Part shown: positions 46,174 to 55,857 of the stretch, piece after piece
Position numbering within the stretch: position 1 is the first letter of the stretch
Layout of the letters: every line of letters begins with the position of its first letter
Origin: Candidatus Azotimanducaceae bacterium
GTDB lineage: Bacteria; Pseudomonadota; Gammaproteobacteria; Pseudomonadales; Azotimanducaceae
Direction: 5' to 3'
NCBI GenBank assembly: GCA_047629195.1
Contig: JBLHWY010000011.1
Span: 3,061 to 67,060 of the forward strand
Length of the DNA: 64,000 bases
Program-made: the position numbers and the translations under genes
Notes under the pieces: generated by a model
Databases searched by the model: none
What the model saw: the letters and a program-made list of their open reading frames with translations, nothing else
What the model was told of the DNA's origin: nothing

Positions 46174-48260
46174 GAATCCCATTACAGGAAATTGGTTTCA
46201 GAGATAGTGTTTATGAACGACCCAATCAGGATTGGGTTTGTGGTTGGTCTGCTGATGGTAATCCGTGTTTGCACGGTCCCGACGGAGATGGGCTTTGCTC
46301 TACCCAAGCTCAAGCTAACTGTAGTCCTGTAAAGGAAGCAGACAGGTGGGTTTGTACCCGAGCTGAAGCTTTTGGCGGTCCTTGTACCGACGGTCCGCAA
46401 CCGGATGGCAGTTGTGCCTGTCCCACCCCCGAACACCTCGTATGTCAACCGCAGAGAAATATCCGAGCAAAGCGTGGTCTACTCACGAAACTTGTGACGA
46501 TACTGTCATTAGGATTCTTAGTCCTGATGTTCAGCGGCTCATGGAGCCAAAGTTTTGTCTCCCCGGGTACACTCAGCCCATCGCATTTGGCGATTGAGGG
46601 AGTTGATGGAGGTGACAATTGTTCGTCGTGCCATCAGGCTGGCAATACCAATTGGAGCACATGGCTGAGCCTCGCGCTAAAAAGCTCTGATGCCGAAAAT
46701 ATGCATGATACTAGCGCAACGTTGTGTCTAGATTGCCACTTTAAAGATGATGAAGAGGGGCTTGCTCAGTCTCATTTTGTACACGGTGTGGCACCTTCAC
46801 TGCTTGAAAAAATCACGCTTGAGAAGACGTTAGTAGATTCTGATGGTGCTGCCAGTAGTGCCACTGAAGGTCGACTCATGGTTGCTAAGCTAGTGCATGG
46901 ACCTAAGGAAAATTCGACCGGTGAAATTGCCTGTGCAACCTGTCACCAAGAGCATCGTGGGTTGGAACATGATCTCCGTCAAATGGGTGATTCTCAATGC
47001 CAGTCTTGCCACAAGTCTTCTTTTAACAGCTTCAACGACGGCCACCCTCAGTTTACGCCCGTCGAGCGGTTAAATTCTGGTATCTCGTTTGACCACTCAA
47101 AGCACCAAGAGCGATTTGATGGTGGCGAGCTTGTCTGCGGAAATTGTCACGAGGCAGATTCATTAGGCAGGACCATGAATGTTAAAGCCTTTGAAAGCAC
47201 CTGTGAGGGCTGTCATGAGCAAGGTTCTGATGATCATCACGGTGATGCGCTTAAAAAGAATCCATTGTTATTACTGCAACTACCAGAAGTTGAATTTGAA
47301 GGTGATGTTTATTGGCCCAGTGAAAATGCTTTCGGCGAAGCACTAACGCCAATGATGGCAATGCTCTTAGCTGGAGACGATGAAGCGCTGCCAATAATCG
47401 AATCTATCTATGACGAAGACGGGGCCGCTGGCGATTTATATGAGTGGTTGATAGAAACTGACGACAATGATGAACCGGAACTGAGAGAAGAGTTTGCCGG
47501 TGCGCTGAAGCGATTGGTCGCAGATCTTGCTGATTATACTGATGACGGAGATAAGGCCCGAGTTACGCGGCTAGCTAAAGCGTTAGGTGCAATCGAAAGC
47601 GATCCAAATGTTAGAAGCATGGCTGATGAGCTCGCATCCGCAAATTTTGTGATGCAAAGCTTCAAGCAGCGATATCTTCCGCAATTATCAGAGGATCTTG
47701 CCGGTGAAGAGGTTTCTGCAGATGATGACGAGCAACCTGAAACACAATGGATGACCTCGTCAACGATGAGTGGTTGGCGCGTAGATTCTGATGAAGGCAC
47801 CATTAGCTACCGTCCGGTTTCTCATGCCGATAGCCTGATGAAAAATTGGATTGATGCACTAAAGGTTCATAGTACTAAAACAGTGCCGGAAGGAACTGAT
47901 GATGCGACTTTAGCGAGAGCTAACTTGAGGCAGACGCTCTATAGCGAGCTAAAAAACGACTTCAATGCATGTACCAAGTGCCATACTGAGCAGGATAACG
48001 CGATAAATTGGAAAGCAGCAGGTAGAGCGACGGGCTGGTCTGGTTTTGCTAAATTTGATCACAGTCCTCATATTGCTATGCTGCCTGGTCAGGAAAGCTG
48101 TACAACCTGCCACATGCTTAATACAGAAAGTGGTCAAGAAGAGAGTTTGCCCAGGGGCTTTATGCCGCATGAAAATGAACGTTGTGAGTCTTGTCATGCA
48201 CCTGGACGCGCGAATAATACGTGCCTAAACTGTCACCAGTATCACGAGCATCGGCCTTAA
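46170..48260 (+). CDS. Membrane-anchored decahaem c-type cytochrome with an N-terminal Cys-rich domain
   Basis: The start overlaps the upstream stop (GTGA). Ten CxxCH motifs (CSSCH, CLDCH, CATCH, CQSCH, CGNCH, CEGCH, CTKCH, CTTCH, CESCH, CLNCH). TM anchor LVTILSLGFLVLMF follows RNIRAKRG. Confidence 0.85.
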   Translation: MRIPLQEIGFRDSVYERPNQDWVCGWSADGNPCLHGPDGDGLCSTQAQANCSPVKEADRWVCTRAEAFGGPCTDGPQPDGSCACPTPEHLVCQPQRNIRAKRGLLTKLVTILSLGFLVLMFSGSWSQSFVSPGTLSPSHLAIEGVDGGDNCSSCHQAGNTNWSTWLSLALKSSDAENMHDTSATLCLDCHFKDDEEGLAQSHFVHGVAPSLLEKITLEKTLVDSDGAASSATEGRLMVAKLVHGPKENSTGEIACATCHQEHRGLEHDLRQMGDSQCQSCHKSSFNSFNDGHPQFTPVERLNSGISFDHSKHQERFDGGELVCGNCHEADSLGRTMNVKAFESTCEGCHEQGSDDHHGDALKKNPLLLLQLPEVEFEGDVYWPSENAFGEALTPMMAMLLAGDDEALPIIESIYDEDGAAGDLYEWLIETDDNDEPELREEFAGALKRLVADLADYTDDGDKARVTRLAKALGAIESDPNVRSMADELASANFVMQSFKQRYLPQLSEDLAGEEVSADDDEQPETQWMTSSTMSGWRVDSDEGTISYRPVSHADSLMKNWIDALKVHSTKTVPEGTDDATLARANLRQTLYSELKNDFNACTKCHTEQDNAINWKAAGRATGWSGFAKFDHSPHIAMLPGQESCTTCHMLNTESGQEESLPRGFMPHENERCESCHAPGRANNTCLNCHQYHEHRP

Positions 48261-48339
48261 AGGCAGCTGAGAGCGCCTCTGCTGGCGCAATTCGGCATTG
48301 AAACTCGCGCGTGCGCGAGTCCGATCGATGTAAAGCGGC

Positions 48340-48789
48340 CTAGTTGGAGATGAGCTTGTCCAATTGATTGGCAAATGCTTGTCTATCTGACTGCGACAAG
48401 GCTGGTGGTCCACCGGTATTTATACCACTCCCTCTTAATGTATCCATAAAATCACGCATGTTGAGCCTCTGCTTGATATTTTCTTTGCTGTACAACTCGC
48501 CTCTAGGATTTAGCGCGACGCATCCCAAGGTCAGTATTTCGTCGGCTAACGGAATATCAGCAGTGATAACCAACTCGCCGGTGCCTGCGTGCGCAACAAT
48601 ATAGTTGTCCGCGACATCGAACCCAGAGGGCACTTGAACAGCCCTAATAAATGGGGACTTAGGAATTGGAATTAATTGATTTGCGACTAAAATAGTGTGG
48701 ATTTCTTTTCGGTTAGCCGCTCGAAACAGTATTTCCTTAACTACTTTTGGGCATGCGTCTGCATCTACCCAGATTCGTTTAATTGCCAT
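48340..48789 (-). CDS. YaiI/YqxD family protein (UPF0178/DUF188)
   Basis: N-terminus [20 protein letters not shown]...ILVAN is typical of the family. Confidence 0.8.
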   Translation of the reverse strand: MAIKRIWVDADACPKVVKEILFRAANRKEIHTILVANQLIPIPKSPFIRAVQVPSGFDVADNYIVAHAGTGELVITADIPLADEILTLGCVALNPRGELYSKENIKQRLNMRDFMDTLRGSGINTGGPPALSQSDRQAFANQLDKLISN

Positions 48790-48842
48790 GTTTCCTGCTG
48801 ACTCCGAAGATCATTCGATACTGATTCTGATGAGCCCGACAT

Positions 48843-49904
48843 CTAAGAAAGGTGTTTGAGAACGGCCGTGCAAAAATCAGAGGTAGACCCTTGGCCGCCT
48901 TGGTCAGGCGTTAATGCTGTTCCTTCTTCATAGACTCGTCTTACGGACTCAACCAAGCTGGCTGCCTCGTTTTCAAAGGATAAATGTTCCAGCAACATGG
49001 CGGCAGATAGCAAGGTGGCAGTTGGGTTAATCACATTTTTGCCAACTATGTCAGGTGCCGATCCATGAGCGGACTCAAAGTACGCGTAGTCCTTACCGTA
49101 GCATCCGGAGGGTGCGAGACCTAAGCCTCCAATAAGTCCAGCCGCGCCGTCGGACATGATATCGCCGTATAGGTTGGGCATAACAATGACGTCAAAATAT
49201 TGAGGGTTGGTAATCATTCTGCATAGGAAATCATCGATTATATAATGGTCGTACTCGATGTCTGGATATTCCTTCGCGATTCTATTGGCGATTTCAAGAA
49301 ACAATCCGTCCGAAGTGCTCAACATATTGTACTTACAGGTGACGGTTAACTTTTTCTTACTGTTTCGTTTTCTAGCAAGCTCAAATGCAAAACGAATAAC
49401 CCGCTCTGAACCCGCTTCAGTAATTGCTTTGATTGCATATTTGCCGGGCGATAATTCAGAAAGCGGTGTTCTTGCATGTTTTGAATAGAAATTAAGCGCT
49501 TGCAAGTCTTCGATGTCACCTTCCAGCCCTAGATAAAGGTCTTCAAGATTTTCGCGAATTATCGTGAAATCGATATCTGCCGGATTTGCTAAGGGAGATT
49601 TATATCCCGGTATCCAATGACATGGTCTGACATTGGCATAGGTTTGTTTACCCCATCGAAGATAAAATAGCGCAGCTGTACTTGCGCCGCTGGTTGACCC
49701 AAAAAAAGTCGCATCGGAGTTATCGATTGCTACCTTTGCTTCATCAGGAAATCCTGTGCCAACTGTATCTATTGCTTCTTGGCCAATAAGAGGGCGCTCG
49801 AACGTGATAGGAAGGCCCATAGATTCGAGAATGTTAATGGCGGGTATCATGACTTCAGGTGAGGCATCGTCACCATCAACAACAATAACTTTTTTATTTT
49901 CCAT
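48843..49904 (-). CDS. Isocitrate/isopropylmalate/tartrate dehydrogenase family oxidative decarboxylase
   Basis: NLYGDIMSDGAAGLIGGLGLAPSG signature. N-terminus KKVIVVDGDDASPEVM. Confidence 0.85.
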   Translation of the reverse strand: MENKKVIVVDGDDASPEVMIPAINILESMGLPITFERPLIGQEAIDTVGTGFPDEAKVAIDNSDATFFGSTSGASTAALFYLRWGKQTYANVRPCHWIPGYKSPLANPADIDFTIIRENLEDLYLGLEGDIEDLQALNFYSKHARTPLSELSPGKYAIKAITEAGSERVIRFAFELARKRNSKKKLTVTCKYNMLSTSDGLFLEIANRIAKEYPDIEYDHYIIDDFLCRMITNPQYFDVIVMPNLYGDIMSDGAAGLIGGLGLAPSGCYGKDYAYFESAHGSAPDIVGKNVINPTATLLSAAMLLEHLSFENEAASLVESVRRVYEEGTALTPDQGGQGSTSDFCTAVLKHLS

Positions 49905-49966
49905 AGGATTGTTTTCGTTTTTTGTTTGATCTGGCGTAGTATTTACTAAAAGAGGGGTACTTAGCT

Positions 49967-50827
49967 ATGGCTTACGAAATAATTAATGTGGATACAAGTG
50001 TCGGACCGGTGGGTGCCGTCATTACGGGTGTAGATTTATCAAAACCGCTTTCAGCGCAGGCGCTTGCGGAAATAACTGCGGCTTGGCATAAACACCATGT
50101 GGTGTTTTTTCATGATCAGGAGCTAACACCTACGGAGCAGGCTGAGTTCGCCGCAAATTTCGGCGAACTGGATGTTTACCCGTTTATGAATGCCGTTGAA
50201 TCCAACCCTCACGTAATTCCCATCATCAAAGAACCTGATGCGGAAATGAATTTTGGGGGTGCTTGGCATACCGATACCTCATATGTGGAAAAACCTCCGA
50301 AAGCAACGTTGCTCTATGCGGTTGAAGTACCCGACGTCGGCGGCGATACACTATTTGCAGATGCGACTCAGGCTTTCCATGATCTGAGTGATGGCTTAAA
50401 GGCGACACTGGAAAGAGAGTCGGGCATCTATACTCCCAAGCTCGTGCACGGCAGTGAGGGTAGCTACAAACAAGCCGCTGCCCGAAACGAAATGGCGCAA
50501 GATTATGGTGGTGCCGCTGAGATTGCAGAACAGGAATTTGAACATCCGCTGATTCGAACCCATGCTGAAACAGGTGAGAAAAGTGTCTACTGCTCACTTC
50601 CTCATACGCACAGGATCAAAGGTTGGACTCGAGAAGAAAGCGTTCCCTTATTCAAGCACCTGACCAGCATATGTACCCAGGCTAAGTATGTCACGCGCTT
50701 TAAATGGAAAAAGGGTTCACTGGCCATGTGGGATAACCGTTGTCTCTTTCACAATGCGCTCAATGACTATCAAGGTAAACGTCGCCACATGCACAGAGTC
50801 ATTGTTCAGGGTGAAAAACCGCGATGA
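49967..50827 (+). CDS. TauD/TfdA-family Fe(II)/2-oxoglutarate dioxygenase
   Basis: GGAWHTDTSY (HxD facial triad), GGDTLFAD and WDNRCLFHNALNDY...RHMHRV. Confidence 0.85.
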   Translation: MAYEIINVDTSVGPVGAVITGVDLSKPLSAQALAEITAAWHKHHVVFFHDQELTPTEQAEFAANFGELDVYPFMNAVESNPHVIPIIKEPDAEMNFGGAWHTDTSYVEKPPKATLLYAVEVPDVGGDTLFADATQAFHDLSDGLKATLERESGIYTPKLVHGSEGSYKQAAARNEMAQDYGGAAEIAEQEFEHPLIRTHAETGEKSVYCSLPHTHRIKGWTREESVPLFKHLTSICTQAKYVTRFKWKKGSLAMWDNRCLFHNALNDYQGKRRHMHRVIVQGEKPR

Positions 50828-51368
50828 GTGATCCGTTCGTCGCAAACAGTCAATGCGCCGTTCTAGTCATTGTGAGCAGCAAGCACTCGTGCCTGCTGCT
50901 CACAATGAAAAGCAAGTCGTTGCTGCGATAAATAACATCGTTCAACGTGCCCGAGCAGCAAATAAGCCTGTTATCTATATTCAACATTGTCATCAACAGT
51001 ACGAACCGATGATGAAAGGCGAAGATGGTTGGCAAATATACAGGGAGATGGACTATCAAACGTCCGATGAGCTAGTTGAGAAAACCGCCAGTGACGCATT
51101 CTATGGAACCAATCTAGCCGAAAGGTTGCAGCTTTTGTGCGTCTTACAACTGGTGATCACAGGGATGCAAACAGAGTACTGCGTTGATGCAACTTGTCGA
51201 GCAGCGATGAGTCATGACCTTAATGTATTGCTTGTGGCGGACGGTCACACAACAGGCGATGCTGGGATGTCTGCAAAAGATATAGTCAGGCATCACAATG
51301 AGATACTGCCCAATTTGGCGAATCCTCATTATCGCAGGGTTGTTGAGGGTGTTTATATTCGCGCATAA
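50824..51368 (+). pseudogene. Isochorismatase-family cysteine hydrolase with an apparent 1-nt frameshift near 50872-50876
   Basis: ATG at 50824 overlaps the tauD-like stop (ATGA) and encodes MSDPFVANSQCAVLVIV. The family sequence then continues in the -1 frame (EQQALVPAAHNEKQVVAAINNIVQRARAANKPVIYIQH...K...TEYCVDAT). Confidence 0.6.
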
Positions 51369-51401
51369 AAAAGCCAGTCATCCGACTGGCTTTTATTTTT
51401 T
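51367..51401. terminator. Bidirectional rho-independent terminator between the isochorismatase-like gene and pckG
   Basis: AAAAAA-GCCAGTC-ATCC-GACTGGC-TTTTATTTTTT. The stem is 51373-51379/51384-51390, with an A-run before it and a T-run after it. Confidence 0.75.
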
Positions 51402-51438
51402 CTCTGGCCATGCGCTTTTTAAAAGCTGCTAGTGTCGA

Positions 51439-53241
51439 CTATGCGACGTTCTGTTTAGAAGCCTCTAATCGTGACTGCAAGTTCTTCAACTCTTCGCGGA
51501 AAGCTGGGGGAACCCTGTCACCATACTCATCAAAGTAGTCACTAATCAGTGGTATTTCCGCCAGCCAGCCGTCAACTTCTACCCTTAATAATTCAGCGAT
51601 CGCCTCTTCACTAAGATCGAGGCCGCTGAAGTCCATGGCATCAAGTGTTGGCAGGTTACCAATAGGTGTTTCGATAGCATCGGCTGTTCCGCTACAGCGC
51701 TCGAATACCCATTTAAGTACGCGACTATTCTCGCCAAAACCTGGCCACATGAACTTACCGTTGTCGTCTTTTCTGAACCAGTTGACGTAGAAGATTTTCG
51801 GTAATTTCGCGCCGCTTTGTTCTCCGGTCTTCAACCAATGGCTCCAGTAGTCAGCCATGTTGTAACCACAGAATGGCAACATCGCCATTGGGTCGCGTCT
51901 AAGCTCGCCAATTTTACCTGCGGCAGCAGCAGTCTTTTCCGATGACACGATCGCGCCAAAGAATGTGCCTTGGGTCCAATCACGTGCTTCGTTGACTAGC
52001 GGTACAACCGTTGCTCGCCTGCCACCGAAAAGAATGGCGCTGATTGGTACCCCTTTCAAATCTTCCCATTCATCTGCGATAACCGGACATTGTGCGGCTG
52101 AAACTGTGAATCTAGCATTTGGATGTGCTGCGGGAGTTTTGGAGTCTGGCGTCCAGGCGTTACCTTTCCAATCGATTAGATTTGCAGGGGCTTCCTTGGT
52201 CATCCCTTCCCACCAAACATCGCCTTCTTCTGTGAGTGCGACATTAGTAAATATGCAGTTCTCGGTTAGGCTCAGCATTGCGTTCGCGTTTGAGTCCATT
52301 CCTGTGCCTGGCGCAACCCCAAAGAATCCTGCTTCAGGATTAATTGCGTATAGTTGGCCATCGTCTCCAAATTTCATCCAGCAAATATCATCACCGACCG
52401 TTTCAACGGTCCAGCCTGGAATTGTCGGCACCAGCATCGCAAGATTTGTTTTACCACATGCGCTTGGGAATGCCCCGGCGATATAGTGCGAAGCGCCTTC
52501 AGGATTGGTCAGCTTCAAAATAAGCATATGCTCGGCGAGCCAGCCTTCATCTCGCGCCATTGCTGAGGCGATTCTAAGCGCGAAACATTTCTTGCCAAGC
52601 AAAGCATTGCCGCCATACCCAGAGCCGAATGACCAAATCTCACGGCTGTTAGGGAAATGTGCAATGTACAGATTTTCAGGATTACAGGGCCAAGTGACAT
52701 CAGCCTTGCCATCAACGAGAGGTTGCCCAACAGAATGAACGCAAGGTACAAAATCCCCGTCTTCACCCAATTGCTCAAGCACTGCGCTACCGACCCGAGT
52801 CATGATGTGCATGTTGGTGACAACATAGGGTGAGTCAGATACTTCAACGCCAATATGCGCGATAGGAGAGCCAACTGGGCCCATGCTGAACGGGACGACG
52901 TACATTGTTCGGCCACGCATACATCCGTCAAATAATCCGTTTAGCTTGGTCCGCATCTCCGCGGGTTCTTGCCAATTGTTGTTTGGACCGGCGTCGACTT
53001 CTTCATCAGAGCAAATAAAGGTTCGGCTCTCAACCCGCGCAACATCTGCTGGGTCTGAGCGAACAAGGTATGAATTGGGTCTGATATCAGAATTGAGAGG
53101 CGTCGCTGCGCCAGCATCAACGAGTAATCGCCACATCTCGTTATATTCTTCAGCGCTACCGTCACAAATGACCATTTGGTCAGGTTTGCAAAGCGCTTGC
53201 ATTTCGTCCAGCCAGGACTTTAACTTATTGTTTTTTATCAT
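51439..53241 (-). CDS. pckG: Phosphoenolpyruvate carboxykinase (GTP)
   Basis: Kinase-1a context [13 protein letters not shown], plus [26 protein letters not shown] and [27 protein letters not shown]. Confidence 0.95.
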   Translation of the reverse strand: MIKNNKLKSWLDEMQALCKPDQMVICDGSAEEYNEMWRLLVDAGAATPLNSDIRPNSYLVRSDPADVARVESRTFICSDEEVDAGPNNNWQEPAEMRTKLNGLFDGCMRGRTMYVVPFSMGPVGSPIAHIGVEVSDSPYVVTNMHIMTRVGSAVLEQLGEDGDFVPCVHSVGQPLVDGKADVTWPCNPENLYIAHFPNSREIWSFGSGYGGNALLGKKCFALRIASAMARDEGWLAEHMLILKLTNPEGASHYIAGAFPSACGKTNLAMLVPTIPGWTVETVGDDICWMKFGDDGQLYAINPEAGFFGVAPGTGMDSNANAMLSLTENCIFTNVALTEEGDVWWEGMTKEAPANLIDWKGNAWTPDSKTPAAHPNARFTVSAAQCPVIADEWEDLKGVPISAILFGGRRATVVPLVNEARDWTQGTFFGAIVSSEKTAAAAGKIGELRRDPMAMLPFCGYNMADYWSHWLKTGEQSGAKLPKIFYVNWFRKDDNGKFMWPGFGENSRVLKWVFERCSGTADAIETPIGNLPTLDAMDFSGLDLSEEAIAELLRVEVDGWLAEIPLISDYFDEYGDRVPPAFREELKNLQSRLEASKQNVA

Positions 53242-53284
53242 AAATTGTAACCTTTTGGCAGTTGCTACTTCGAGCAGTTGCTAT

Positions 53285-53320
53285 GTTTTGTCTGGAAAGT
53301 TTTGTCTGGAAAGTTTTGTT
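53285..53320. repeat. 14-bp tandem repeat GTTTTGTCTGGAAA x2.5 in the pckG 5' region
   Basis: Units at 53285-53298 and 53299-53312, with a partial unit at 53313-53320. The repeat lies 44-79 nt upstream of the pckG start on the minus strand. Confidence 0.85.
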
Positions 53321-53624
53321 TTGAATTAGTGTACGGTGTCAGGCGGGTGTTTCACGGCCTGAAAAGTTAATTTTGGCGAACCTGATTGATACAAGCAAAT
53401 GAAAATATGGAATATATTGATGTCTTCGTTTGCGTCGTACTTGAGCTGTACCAAGTGTTTTGCCAGCCAATACCAACTGCACCTTCAAAATAAGGCCGAT
53501 AGAATAGCATCAAGCTCTGTTTTTGTCTCTAATTTGAACTTAACTCTGCGCGCTTTTCAGTTAAGATAGCGATCTGCTGCATCCCATTCTGGACAGCGAT
53601 CCTATTTCTTAGAAGTAATCCCTG

Positions 53625-55826
53625 ATGTCGAAGTCTCAACAAATTAGCTCATTTCAGCCAGTCTCTGCAAAGCCACCACATCTTTTTGGGTACAGACCCT
53701 ATTGGGCTGAGTGCTTTGGTGTGGCAACCTTTCTGCCAACCACCCGCGCCGAAATGGAACAATTGGGGTGGGATAGCTGTGACATCATCTTGGTAACCGG
53801 CGACGCTTATGTCGACCATCCAAGCTTTGGTATGGCAGTGATTGGACGTGTGCTTGAAGCGCAAGGCTTTAGGGTGGGTATTCTCGCGCAGCCCGATTGG
53901 ACTAGTGCCACAGATTTCAAAAAGCTAGGACGCCCCAATCTTTATTACGGTGTTGCAGCGGGCAATATGGATTCAATGATCAACCGCTACACCGCAGATA
54001 GAAAAATACGCCATGACGATGCGTATACCGCAGGTAATATTGGTGGTAAGCGGCCTGACAGGGCAGTCATTGTATATTCCCAGCGTTGCCGCGAAGCTTA
54101 TGCCGATGTACCCATCGTCATTGGTAGTATTGAGGCTAGTTTAAGGCGGCTTGCGCACTTCGATTATTGGAGTGAAAAAGTGAGACGTTCAATCATTATG
54201 GACGCGAAAGCTGATATTTTGCTTTACGGGAATGCAGAGCGAGCCATTGTTGAATTGTCCCACAGGATTGCAACGGGTGAACCGATTGCGGAAATCAAAG
54301 ATATTCGTGGTACTGCTTACGTTGTCTCTGAGTTGCCAAAAAACCTGAAAGAAGTGAATGAATCAACTTTTGAGCTTACTGTTCCAGCGCAAGGCAACAT
54401 CAATGTGGTGACGCTGGATACGGCCGTTGCCACAGCAAGCCCTTACGAGATGATTCCTGATGACGGTGTTGATTGCGCCAAAGAAACTGCTGAAACCACA
54501 GAGACGATTTACGATTCAGCGGCAACGGAAATTCCAGAAGATCTGTCAGGGCTTGAAATTGACACCTACATCAAGCTGCCGAGCTATGAATCAGTAAAGA
54601 ACGAAAAGGTGATGTATGCGCATACCTCTCGGATTTTTCACAGGGAGACTAACCCATATAATGCCAAGCCGCTTGCGCAGTCTCATGGCGATAAGTATGT
54701 CTGGCTGAATCCACCGCCAATTCCGCTGACGACCGATGAGATTGACCGAGTCTTTGGTTTGCCGTATCAGCGTGTGCCACACCCAACTTATGGCGATGAG
54801 AAAATACCTGCATACGATATGATCAGGTTTTCTGTCAACATTATGCGTGGTTGTTTTGGTGGTTGCACTTTTTGCTCAATAACAGAGCATGAAGGTCGCA
54901 TTATTCAAAGCCGTTCTAAAGAATCCATTCTTGCAGAAGTCGAGAACATTCGAGACAAAACACCAGGATTTACGGGTGTTATTTCTGACCTTGGCGGCCC
55001 AACAGCAAATATGTGGCGCCTAGGTTGCAAGTCAGCTGAAATTGAGGCGAGTTGTAAACGACCCTCATGTGTTTATCCTGGTATTTGCAAAAATTTGAAT
55101 ACCGATCAGACTCCTCTCATCGATCTTTACCGTGGGGCCAGAGGTGTTGAGGGCGTTAAAAAGGTCTTGATCGCTTCAGGGCTTCGATATGATATTGCGG
55201 TCAGAACACCGGAATATGTGAAAGAGCTCGTCACGGAACATGTTGGCGGCTATCTTAAGATTGCACCGGAGCATACAGAGACCGGTCCATTGTCGAAAAT
55301 GATGAAACCAGGCATGGGCACCTACGACGAGTTCAAGGAAATGTTTGAGCGCTTCTCGAAAGAAGCGGGTAAAAAGCAGTACCTGATACCTTATTTTATC
55401 GCGGGACATCCAGGCACAAAGCTTGAAGATATGTTGAATCTTGCAATCTGGCTAAAACAAAATGGATTCAAGGCTGACCAGGTTCAAAATTTCTATCCAT
55501 CGCCGATGGCAACAGCAACTGCGATGTATCACTCTGGCAAAAACCCGTTGCGTAGAGTCAGAGAGAATTCTGAAGATGTCACTACTGCTATTGGGGGTCG
55601 ACAGCGTCGTTTGTACAAGGCATTTCTACGCTATCATGACCCGGATAACTGGCCTATGTTGCGAGAAGCTCTGAAGAAGATGGGGCGCAAAGATTTGATA
55701 GGCAACGGTAAAATGCATCTGATTCCATTGACGCGCGCACGAACATTTGGCAAGCCCGGTAGAGAGCAGACTTTTAAAACTCAACATACCGGGTTACCTA
55801 AAAACCCACGTAAATCCAAACGTTAA
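53625..55826 (+). CDS. ygiQ: YgiQ-family radical SAM protein (UPF0313)
   Basis: [57 protein letters not shown]. Radical-SAM site [13 protein letters not shown]. Basic C-terminal tail. Confidence 0.9.
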   Translation: MSKSQQISSFQPVSAKPPHLFGYRPYWAECFGVATFLPTTRAEMEQLGWDSCDIILVTGDAYVDHPSFGMAVIGRVLEAQGFRVGILAQPDWTSATDFKKLGRPNLYYGVAAGNMDSMINRYTADRKIRHDDAYTAGNIGGKRPDRAVIVYSQRCREAYADVPIVIGSIEASLRRLAHFDYWSEKVRRSIIMDAKADILLYGNAERAIVELSHRIATGEPIAEIKDIRGTAYVVSELPKNLKEVNESTFELTVPAQGNINVVTLDTAVATASPYEMIPDDGVDCAKETAETTETIYDSAATEIPEDLSGLEIDTYIKLPSYESVKNEKVMYAHTSRIFHRETNPYNAKPLAQSHGDKYVWLNPPPIPLTTDEIDRVFGLPYQRVPHPTYGDEKIPAYDMIRFSVNIMRGCFGGCTFCSITEHEGRIIQSRSKESILAEVENIRDKTPGFTGVISDLGGPTANMWRLGCKSAEIEASCKRPSCVYPGICKNLNTDQTPLIDLYRGARGVEGVKKVLIASGLRYDIAVRTPEYVKELVTEHVGGYLKIAPEHTETGPLSKMMKPGMGTYDEFKEMFERFSKEAGKKQYLIPYFIAGHPGTKLEDMLNLAIWLKQNGFKADQVQNFYPSPMATATAMYHSGKNPLRRVRENSEDVTTAIGGRQRRLYKAFLRYHDPDNWPMLREALKKMGRKDLIGNGKMHLIPLTRARTFGKPGREQTFKTQHTGLPKNPRKSKR

Positions 55827-55857
55827 GTAATAGCGTTAACAAATGTTAGCGCTAGTG

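Noticed and set aside
51965-53329. Several plus-strand ORFs (173, 70, 77 and 148 aa) inside pckG
   Set aside because: They are antisense to an unambiguous GTP-PEPCK gene and have shadow-frame composition.
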